Assembly: GCA_000708835.1 (NCBI GenBank)
Contig: DF237034.1
Coordinates: 124,001-188,000 of the forward strand
DNA from: Klebsormidium nitens
Lineage: Eukaryota; Plantae; Klebsormidiophyceae
Direction: 5' to 3'
Length of the DNA: 64,000 nucleotides
The notes below the pieces were generated by a model. The model saw nothing but the letters and a program-made list of their open reading frames with translations. It had not been told where the DNA came from and did not search any database. Made by a program: the position numbers and the translations under genes. The first letter of the stretch is position 1; every line of letters begins with the position of its first letter. Shown here in pieces: positions 15,201 to 25,400 of the stretch.

Positions 15201-16870
15201 AACTGCGGGATTAGGCTGAAGAAGGTCCTGAGTGTTTGCGAATCCCCGACTTCTCCCGCTTCAAAAGGATTTATGACTTAGAGACACGAAAGCCTTGGAG
15301 AAGGTGTGGCGACTCACTTTTTCCGCTCCTGCCTCGCAACAAGCCGCTGAAGCTCCTCCTTCAGTTTCCTGGTTCGCGACATGGCCCCGGCCCTGTTTTG
15401 CCTGCGGAACCACGGCAGGGGCTGAGGCAGAGACTGCCACCACTTGCCGTCCTGATCCCCGCTCTCCAATGTTTCCCACCTGGGCAAGGGGCCCACCGCC
15501 GCCTCGTCCCCAAACCCCTTCTCCTCTTTCTCCTCCATGATGGTGGATTCCAACTCAAGGCCCTCAGCGATGCACTGGGAGGCGGGCGGTGGCACATCGG
15601 CCGGGCCAGACCTCTGTAGAGGGGGAGATTCAGAGATAGGAGACGCATAAAAACACTTGAAAGACACATGCTTCTAAGGGCTGCTGCCCAAAACTGAGCC
15701 CCTCTGCGGGGCCAGTGAAAGGTGAATACACAAGCTATGGACACCGATTGATGATCACCTGTCATGAGCCCAATACTTTTGATGTTGCTACACGCCCCTA
15801 CTATATTCCTTGTCGTAGCAGATGGAGGTACCTGTTTTGAAGGATCGAAGTTGTAGAGAGACGTCCAACTTTCTCATACGATGTTTGCAAGTGATCATGG
15901 ACTGTCATCTGAGGTCAGTAGGATTTCTACTTGGGACTTCACGATCTCCTCCTGACATTGAGAACCTGCCAAAGGACCTCACCGACTCTCCATCGTCTGC
16001 TCGTCGATCCACCGCTTCTCTGAGCTCAGCAGGCCCCAGCTCAAGGGATGTTCCATGCTTGTCATGTGCCAGGCTGACCACTGAAGATGCCGAAGTGGAA
16101 ATTGCTGTGGGAGAAGGATGCACATGCTTGATGCGCACTCCATTCTCAGGGGGCAATACAATCAAATTGTCCAGGATGTGAAAGTCTGGCTCAGGCCTGA
16201 AGGAACTGTGGGAAGCTCCAACTACTTCCTTCTCATTGGTCTAATGCATCTTCTTGTCATCTTTCCCATTGTTGCTGAGAAATGTGAGCTGGTACTGGAG
16301 GTGACCAGATGTTCCTCTGTTCGTAGCCGTGTTCTGATTTCGGCAGTAAGCCTCCTTTCCAAGTGCACCACCCGAAATCCAAGTGTGCCACTTACCTGCA
16401 AAACATCCTGAAGCCAATTCCAGGGCCTGATGGGTTGCCTGGACTCTGCTTCTGGGCTGCAGCAAAAAGGAGGCCACATTTAGTAGACAAAGGTCTTTCA
16501 CTCAACCTCTTTACTGTGTCCGAGTAAAGCCCGGCAAAGTGGGTCTGTGTCACTTGTGCACTACAGCGCGCGATCAAGGCACAAGGAAAGGCGTGATTTC
16601 TTTTGAGACTTGCATTGCATGGTCCAAAGAATGACATGGAATTGCTGCCAGCTAGAAGCGCACCTTCTCTTTCCACCAGAAGATCTCCTGCGCCTCCCTC
16701 ATATGCTGAAGGAGAGTCAGTTGCAAGTTATCTTGGAACTGCAACCAATTCAAATCTTTCATAGCGGCTGGCACCAGCATCAAGACTTTAGTGGACCACA
16801 AGTGGAGGACTTTTCGTCTTGGTTGTGCAAAACCGTTCTGAAGCCAGGCACGCCGCACCACCCTTTGCAT
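12240..16870 (-). CDS. Class A beta-lactamase-like / PBP-like serine hydrolase (multi-exon)
   Basis: Core exons 14930-14698 (FPLASVAK = SxxK), 14437-14207 (CVVSDNTAAD = SDN), 13813-13616 (DNTASPEDM), 13179-13031 (RQQYGKRRLPRGLP..VYHKT), 12798-12701 (GTIMGVCNDVGII, completing KTG) and 12380-12240 (SQYDREAEAVIAQVGRLAYKAY..*) all join in phase with GT-AG sites. Upstream exon 15613-15318 is also in phase. Exons 16104-15983, 16456-16396 and 16870-16664 are phase-compatible but less certain. Confidence 0.86.
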
Positions 16871-17018
16871 CAAAGTTCTCAATGTGTGTTAATGCTCTGC
16901 ATCAAGGTTCTCAAACTTCGAAGTGTAGAGCTCTGCATTGCATTGAAAGATGGGCAATGCACAGCTCTCTTGCAGGTCTGATGGAATTTTGAGAGAGCCT
17001 AAACCTAACTCAAAGCTC

Positions 17019-17025
17019 TATATAA
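17019..17025. promoter_or_regulatory. TATA-like box in the short divergent spacer between the lactamase-like gene and TROL
   Basis: CTATATAAG in an AT-rich stretch about 350 bp upstream of the TROL ATG. Position only; no functional evidence. Confidence 0.3.
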
Positions 17026-17376
17026 GACGGTAATTAATCATTAATATAGCGACTTCAATATCCTGGTTGTTTTAAAACTACTTTGACCATCAAAGTCGGG
17101 AGCTTTTTTCGAAGTTTCTAAGATAATCTGGAAAAATAATTGCCCGCGTATATGCTGGTCACGCTTCTAACCCACCTGGGTCTGAGCGGATCAAGATACG
17201 TGACTGCTCCTGACCCACCAAAGACCAAGTCCAGCTGCAATTCCTGGCTCAGAGTCAGAGCTAGATACTGATCTCTGTCGTCAAAGGCGCTTCTCTTTCC
17301 CAGAATTACACGTTTTGTGTTCAGGGTCTGAGCCCAAAGGAGCTTTTTCTCTAAGGACTTCAGAAAGCTTGTGTCA

Positions 17377-20300
17377 ATGGCGACAACCTCTGTCAAGCCG
17401 TTTTTATCTTCCTCTTTCGCCCCCATCCAGCAAACATTTACGTCTTGTGGCGCGTTGAAGCAGACTGTTTCTAACTGTGTGATTAAGAATAGGCAAAGGT
17501 TCACAGTTCGTGCAAAGACCGGTCTGTCCACTGGTTTACCTGCTGACAATGCTGTGGGAAAGAACGGGGGAAAGTGGAGTCTTCTCCCTCTCATTGCAGG
17601 ACCTCTTGGGGCAAATCTCCTTCTAATCAACAATGCTAGGGCACTGGATGAGGCTGACGCTGTCAGTACATATGACGCGTTTGTCAAAGGCACAACCTCG
17701 GTTGCTGACACAGTAACGTCTGATGGTGGCGACGCCATTGCAAATGTGACAGTGGTGCTGGGGGATAATGCACCCGTCATTGGGGTCGTGGTTCTGCTCG
17801 CAGTTGCAGTCCCAGCTCTAATAAGCACATTTCTAAGGAAAGGGTATGCCGGAAGCGTCAGTGCGGAACAAGCCCTGCGAAAACTAGAAATAGAGGCTGG
17901 CAGTATCCTCATTGATATCCGCTCCAGCAAGGAGATCTCTGAGGAAGGCTCTCCAAAGCTAGCAGCTGGGAAAAAGGCTGTAAGACTCCAATATCAGAAA
18001 GAAAGTGACGGAGCACTCACTGCGGATCCAGCTTTTGTGAGCAAAGTGGCGAAAAGAGCAGCCGAAGATGCCCCCATATATGTAATCGACAAGTAAGTTC
18101 CCTTTTCCTTATCGACACAGATCTACGGTCAAAGTGCAAGTTTTCTGCTGATGGTTTGATTCAGAAACTGCCCCACGTGTCCTCATACAAATGCTGTTCC
18201 CTTGTTTGTTAAAAATGAAGCGGCAAGTCTTGGACACTCCCAGTGGCTTTGGGCGCCAGATTTTTGAGATGCAAATCTCACAATTGCATGGTGGTCAAGC
18301 TGGCCATCACTGTCCTGAAGACGCTCTTTACTTTCGACTTCCAGGACAGGAAGTGTCTCTGTCGAGGCTGCCAAAAGTCTGACGCAAGCAGGCTTCACAA
18401 AAGCGTTCGTTGTGTCCGGTGGCACTGATGCCTGGCTGGTAAGCATCAAGAACTGTGGGGCCTAGAACGGCATATGAATTGCTCCATCTGATTCCGACGG
18501 CTGTTCACAATGCGTGCTCTAATCCTTCAACATGTTTTGCCCGTGGCTCTCTGCAAGCTTGGGCCTATGATAGGACCAAGGTCTACTTTCTTAACGTTTT
18601 CCCTTCGCTCACAGGAAAGTGACCTTCCTTGGTTGAAGCCCACAAACTTCACTCTGGATCTATCGACACTGAGGGAAGCTATTGACGCCACAGTAAAGGT
18701 ACAGTACAATCTTCTGGCGGGTTAGGTTCCTTGGATGTGTATAGGTCCAGCAAGCGGGCAATGAATCGCTCTCAGCATCTTTTTAGCAGCAACCTATTCA
18801 GGTCGAAGGGATTCATTGGGGGTGTTCTGTCATGTCCCTCAAATGTTGACGGACAGGCTCTCCTGCAAGCTGACGTTGGTGTTTTGCATGCAGGAGAACC
18901 CCAACGTTGTTCCAGCTACCCTTGGGATTGCAGCAGCCACCGCGGGGTCCTTCTTGCTGTTCTCTGAGGTAAGTATTTGGTCGTGAGTAGGCGGTCCCTG
19001 GTGTGACTCTCGATCCAAGGAGAGGTACATGTTCGATTAATTTCGATGCCAGATTCTGAGTGCCTGCTGTAATTGTACAGGCAGTGGATCAGACTTCTGG
19101 TCTATCCCTGCAAGAAGCCTGCTGATTGGTGTTGTCCTAGGATTAAAGCAACTTTTCTCTCCATCAAAGCATGGTTGCGTGTTTTGACACGAATTTGCAA
19201 TACATCTTGCACCAAGGTCTGCATGTGTGCAAGGAAAGCGTCTGCTTTTCTCAGAAGAGCCATGGGAGGGGTGCACTCAGGCATTCGAAGATGGCCTTTC
19301 GGTTGTTATCAAAGCAGCCTCGCAACAAAGGAAGTTGCATGTGTTTGCCAGCACTCTTCTCCGATCCGGACCTCATAGCCAGTGTCGAAAGCAGAGTGGT
19401 TAGGACTGACCGAGAGTCGATCTTTACTCAGTGCCCAACATGTGCGCAGGCGGAAACGGCTCTTCAATTGCTAGGGTCAGCCGCCGTTGCTCAGCTTGTC
19501 ATCCAGAAGCTCCTCTTTGCTGAGGTTAGTTCTTCGTCTGGGCGCAAATGTCACAGGAAAGAAGTTGTGCGAATTGTAGTGTCGGGTTGTGCCGAGCGGT
19601 TTGACAGAAGCCTCCCTTGTCATGCTCGTGCTACTTTTTCTCGGACCCTCTGGATGGTGAGCACCAATCTCGCAGTTTGCATTCCCTTCGGCATCAGCAT
19701 GCAGTTCGGCACACCTTCGCAATCTACCCCGTAGTAGACCCCGTAGTTCGGTTGCAGGGCGTTGCTCAAGGTGCGATCCAAGGCCGCATTTGGAGCCAAT
19801 CGGAGGTTTTATAAGACCTGTTGTTGGTCGCAACCAATGGGGACAACCACGAGAGATGCTGTGCTTTTATCTTTTCCGAGACGATCGAAAGAGGATACTG
19901 AGTCCGTTGTGTCGCCTGCAGGACCGGAGAAAAACGATCGAGCAGGTGAAGTCCTTCCTGGACACGAAGGTTGCACCTCAGGAGCTCGTGGACGAGATCA
20001 AGGTACGCGTACGAGTAACCACCATTCTTTGCGTGACAAGTGGAGCCCAATGCTTATGGTGCGCTTCGCTTGCTCAGATTGTGCCGAGGTTCCTTGGCAG
20101 CCAACTTTGTAGCTTGCCGACGACCTCCGACGCTTGTCTTCTGTGCGCGTCCCTGATCCCTTTTGGCAACCCGTATCGCAGGAACTTGGGAATGCACTCT
20201 TGCCAAACGAGGCTGCCGCGGAGGGCACTTCTGCACCTTCGAAGTCAGATCGCAGTGACAAAGCTGCTGAGGCGCCTGTCGCTGCCAAGGCCACGAAAAG

Positions 20301-20766
20301 CTCGGAGCAGCCGAAAAGCTCGGAGCAGGCGAAAAGCTTGGAGCAACCGAAAAGCTTGGAGCAACCTCCAACCCCAACTCCTTCATCCCCCTACAAAAAA
20401 GTAAGGACTGACTATCGAAGCGTTAATGCTACTTGCACAATCGACGTGGACCTCCGGTCGATAAGCGTTCATTGAGCCTTTGTGTGCATCTTTGACCATT
20501 TCGTATGCATCTGGGCTCTGTTGAGTCAAGTTGCGGCTCAAACAAGGAGGCATGTCGTATTTTGTTTGTCAAGTCGTTGGCTATCCCTTACATCTCTTTC
20601 CAGCCTCGTCGAAGCTTCCCTGACCGCTGGCCCGGTCTAAGTTGATAGTCGTTTACAAAAGCAAACGATGGTGCAACCTTAGTTGACGGCGGGTTAACGG
20701 CAGTTCTTTTTGTTGCAGGTGCCAGAGCTGAAGCCACCTGCACCGCGCACGCCTGTGAAACCATAA
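17377..20766 (+). CDS. TROL: Thylakoid rhodanese-like protein (TROL/STR4)
   Basis: Eight phase-consistent exons: 17377-18092, 18345-18438, 18615-18698, 18894-18968, 19450-19524, 19922-20002, 20182-20400, 20719-20766. Transit peptide, TM helix, rhodanese-like domain (LIDIRSS..GSPKL..KKAV), then [51 protein letters not shown], closely matching the plant TROL second TM/stromal segment. C-terminus SSPYKKVPELKPPAPRTPVKP*. Confidence 0.93.
20295..20366 (+). repeat. 18-bp coding tandem repeat x4 (KSSEQP/KSLEQP) in the TROL linker
   Basis: GAAAAGCTCGGAGCAGCC / GAAAAGCTCGGAGCAGGC / GAAAAGCTTGGAGCAACC / GAAAAGCTTGGAGCAACC. Confidence 0.92.
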
Positions 20767-22483
20767 GAAGCTGATAACACGGACGATGTGAGATGGGACA
20801 GAATATGCCCGGAGTTGGTGAGCTTGCCTGCTCTTGGGAGGGGGGATTGTTTCGGCTAGCAGGCAGTAGTGCAGCCGATGAAGTGCTGCTAGGTTGATTG
20901 CCTGATATCCTATAGGCTAGCCAAATAAGGAGACGACAAGCCGCATATGGCATTTGATAATCATAAGAAGGCTCCATGTAGGCTCCGACTCAGGTACAGG
21001 TTAACAAAAAGCGATTTTATCCGTCTAGGCCCATAGATGACGGTGTTGCCTCGATGTGTTGCAAGCGTTGTGCTTTGCTTTGTACAGGGGTCGCGCAAGC
21101 AAAGTTCAAAAACACCGTTAGATTTCACAGAAGCAGAGGTGAATCACTCCAATCCCCAAACCGTCATGGCGTGACGCGCATGTCCCGCTGCAACATCGAC
21201 AGCTGGCATCCTATAGAGATCTGCATACTAGACCGTAAGACGGGGTTCTCCTGATCCTCTACTACATGCCATGCTGACGGTATAATCCTAGTTCAATTGC
21301 TCAACGCAAAATGTATTGATCCGCAATCTACATAATTGCATATACGTGCCTGGTTAAGCCGGCGAGCCGCCCTAGGTGCCCACGGATGGAAATCTAGCTC
21401 TACTATAGGTACTATACTCAGCAGAATAACTATAGCTGCCGAAAATTCTCTAGAGTCTCGGCCATATATTTGCATGCTCACATGCGGTGCACGCGTACCG
21501 TCATGTAATTGTGGCATGGGAGCTGTTGAGATCGGGCTGCATGGCCAACATTCGAAGGACGTCTTCGTGAAAGAGCTCGCTCGATATCTTTTCCAACTTT
21601 TGGACCCGCAAAGTATGATGCAGTCTCTTTTCAAATACGCTCTCATGATCATGTTCGCATGTTTGGCAAAGCTGGAGCCTTGGCTCAAGCTATAGAAGTA
21701 TCTCATGTAGACTAAAGAACAAGATATTCGAAGCTGCACATTGCATGGAAGTGCATATATTAACAATCTCCATGTTACGTAGGATACATCAATGTATAGT
21801 GTGCTGTAACTTTAGTGAGAGATGGTAACTTCCCATTTATCAATTCGCCCTAAGCCACATTAGACTCAGAGCCCCCTTCGAGCCATGGAGCACGGAGCAT
21901 ATAGAGAGATCGGATGTTGGACAACCGACACCTCAGGTCCTCAGCTGTCAAATGTTCAATGACCCTTCTGCTGCCTGCACCACATGGCACCTTGGACAGA
22001 GTCAACAGAGTTATCCATACAAAGACAAACCCATGTTTTTCTAAGGTACCTGTCTGACACTGGGTGAACTACTAGTGGGCTTCTGCAAGCCCTAGCATGT
22101 CCTACCGGTACTGTAGTTCTTGTAGCCAGGCAAACCCAGCCGGCAAACCCGGTTTTGCGGTTGCAATCCTGCCTCAAGCCGAAGGAATTGTGCATTATCA
22201 GCAGCTAGATAGGTAGACTCCAAATTAGGTAGACGTGCCAAAAGCTACAGAGAGCCTCTAGTATTGGAGTTCAGCTGAAGGTTGCTCTTGTTGTGTCTAG
22301 CTCGAGCCAATGCCTTGGGTTTTTGAGAAGAGACCCCAAATGCTCAAATGTCAACTCCTATTACCACCTTATGCAACGCTCACGTGCCAAAAGGTCCAGC
22401 AATACTGATAGTCGCCTTCTGTTAGTGAATATTGTTTTCTTGTCTGAGCTGAACAGTGATGGTTCAGGCTGCGAGAGGTTTTA

Positions 22484-25400
22484 ATGGGCAAAAGGGCGCC
22501 TGAGGAGGATGTGGGGGAGTCAGGACAATACTTTGAGAAAAAGCAAGTGGGTCTCGAAATGTTTGGAAGGGCACCCGCCAGGCCTGAGGATCTTCTCAGT
22601 TTGTACCAAGCGCTGGAGAAGCGTTGGAGAACGAATGTGAGAAGGGCCTTCATCACTTCCAATTGGGCTTCCGGGCATTTTGGTGTTAGCATTTTCCAGC
22701 ACATTGCCCTTCAGCCCCATTGCTGGCAGTAGTCACTTATGCGTACGACCCGCAACAGCTTTGATTTAGTGGTGGGTTGTTCCATCACCACTTGTGTCAG
22801 AGCTGCAATCATACTTTGCATTGTATTTCTTAAACACAAAGGCTTTGATTCATTGGGCGCACCACTTTTCCCTGCAGCCCCCCTTCCTCCACCGGACTCT
22901 CAGCTACAACCTTGCCCCAGAACTGCCCCCTCCCTCTGTCTCGATTACACCACCCCTGCAAACCGCTCACCAGCGCCCCAGCCCCCATCTCAACGCTCCT
23001 CAGCTCAACGGCGCGGGTAACTCTCACGTGAATGCAAACAGTCCTGCGAGAGGGGCAAACGGTGCAGGTCCGAGCGAAGGACACGCGTCTCATTGCAATG
23101 GGCTGAATGGGGTCAGCCACCCAGAGCAGCAGTCGACCTTGTGGGAGCTGGAGGTGACTGCCAGCGTGTGGAATGCTCCCAAGAATCCCCCGCCCCAGGC
23201 CCGCGTCGGAGCAAGGCTGAGTGCTGGGGGGGGCGTGATGCGTCTTCCCATCTTCGTTGGATTCTCTCCAAACCCCCGGAGTCAGGTCAGCCGACTTGTG
23301 GCAACTGTAGCCAGAAGGAGTTATTTTTCGAGTGTCGAAACCAAGTCTCCGTCCGCTTTCCTGGTGGTCTTCGAATGCACTGTTGATCAACACAGCTTCT
23401 GACCAGTCTCCGTAAGACTGCCCTCAAGCAAGACGTCGTCATGATACGCTGAGACAGTGGTATGCCGAGTCCCATCAGTGCAGGAGTCGACTACGGACTC
23501 TTGGGTACGTCAAAATTCCCGAGGTTCTTCCCGTGCAGGGTGACTCTTTCCGAGTGTTCCCTCTGGACTCCATGCTCTCGGGTTGCGTGCCAGTGGTGCA
23601 GTCGGGGGAGGCGGCCAAGCTGCTGCTCAAGCTGCCCGGCCCCGCGGGCCGAACCCCCCAGGGCAAGATCCTCTGTATCGTCTGGGGTAAGCGTTTGCCT
23701 GCGACTTTGCTTAGAAAACAAATTCCTTTGCCATTGTTGTCACTTATCAGATCAAATCTCCCCTTCCGGTTGGCCTTTGTTCAATCGAAGCTGGTGAGTG
23801 GTCAAGAAGCTTGTACTCTGTCCTGATAGAACAGGGTAGGAGATTGTTTGGGTGTCATCCTGACTGCCTGTATCAGTGACGCATACCTAACCCACTTCCA
23901 ATGCTCTCCGTGTCCCACGATGAACCAGATGCAAAAGTGTGACGGAAACCGAAGTGGTCTGCAGATGACCCGGACGATGTTCGTAGAGCGGAGAAAAGGC
24001 CACTCCCGGGCCATGATGCAGTGTCCCCAGAGCAAGGAGTGCCGCTAGGCGGGACGGCGGTATGGTGCGAAGCAACCCTCCCCGCAAAAGAAGGGACCCC
24101 ATCCTCCGCCATGCCCGTCCTGCGGCGGTCTAACATGGTGGTGAGCCGCTGGTCTATGGGTTTGAACAATTGTCGCAAGCTCTGCGCTCACGTTTGACCA
24201 ATCGTCGCTCACCAAAGGCAACCTTTCAGTCCCGCAGGTTCCCTCCTTTCTGCGTTTTGATTTCGCAAACCCAGCCGAAAGGGTCTCTTGCTAAATCGAA
24301 CTGAGAAAGAGTTGGTCGTTTCCAAGTACTACTTTTCACATTGTCCGAAACTTTCCATTCTTGGGGCCACTGCTGTAACACCGCTTTGCCCTCCCCCTTA
24401 AGTTGAGGCGCAAGCAGACACTTCACTGAGCTGCCTGCTGATTCTCTCACTTGCAGTGCAACACAAATGATGACGACTTCGGAACCCACTGTGTCCATGT
24501 CCAGATGACGGCAAATGGGGTCATCCCTGCGGTGAGCACTGTCGCTGCAGATTTTGTACTCCTGTCAGATGTACCTAGCAAATGCTCCTCAGTACTCCGG
24601 TTGTAAAGCAGATTCAGCGAATCGACTCGATGCAAGTTTGTTCGACGGTCAGCTGCTTGGCTGACCAGTAGCTCTTCTTGAATATTGATCACAATACTAC
24701 CGACCGTTGCTTCATAGATCATCCACTCCTATTGCTGCCTTGCAGACTTTGCGACTAAAGCTGTGCCTCAGGAAAAGCACAGTCCCAGCCGACACACCTG
24801 CCGTCCGAAACGGCCACACGAACGGCCACCCGAATGGGGCCCCCACCACCCCCCCCTTGCATCCTCCCAGGTGATACTGCAGCACCCTTTCATCAACGGT
24901 CCATAGCTACACAGCATCGTGACTTGTCAGCTCACGAAATCCTGGAGCTCCGTTATGAAACTCAGACTGTGCCCCTAGACGCACTTCAGGCATCGGGCAT
25001 ACCTGGCTGTACAGGATTCGCAATAAGCCAACTCCATGCGGCTGACGATCCTATTTCACAGCAGCCCTTCGCCACGCCAGCCGGAGAAGCAGGTGGCTTT
25101 CGTTCTCCAGAGCGACAGTGCCGATCTCCGGCCAATACCAGGTAAGCCTCTCGAGAGCACTGCACGAAGCTGATGGGAAGGAGCGCAAAAGCTTCCGGCC
25201 TCTCATGAATCCATGCCCTCTTTAGGATTGAATCGGGAACTAGAGGCAGCGGCCGCCAGTGCTTGACGCCCGTGTGCGCTTGTTCCCTGGCAGAGTTCCT
25301 GTTGGGTTGGCGGTGTGGTGTGTGCCGGCGCTACTCCCGAACATATGAGGTGAGGCTCGACGTCCACAGCAGTTCGTTTCAGTGTATTCGCCAAACGATC

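Noticed and set aside
16865-16915. Direct repeat GAGAAC(C/T)TTGATGCA(G/A)AG x2 on the minus strand
   Set aside because: Two imperfect 18-mers only; no array or spacer structure.
17377-18092. Calcium-sensing receptor (CAS) as the identity of the rhodanese gene
   Set aside because: Downstream exons ([27 protein letters not shown], LKPP tail) match TROL, not CAS.
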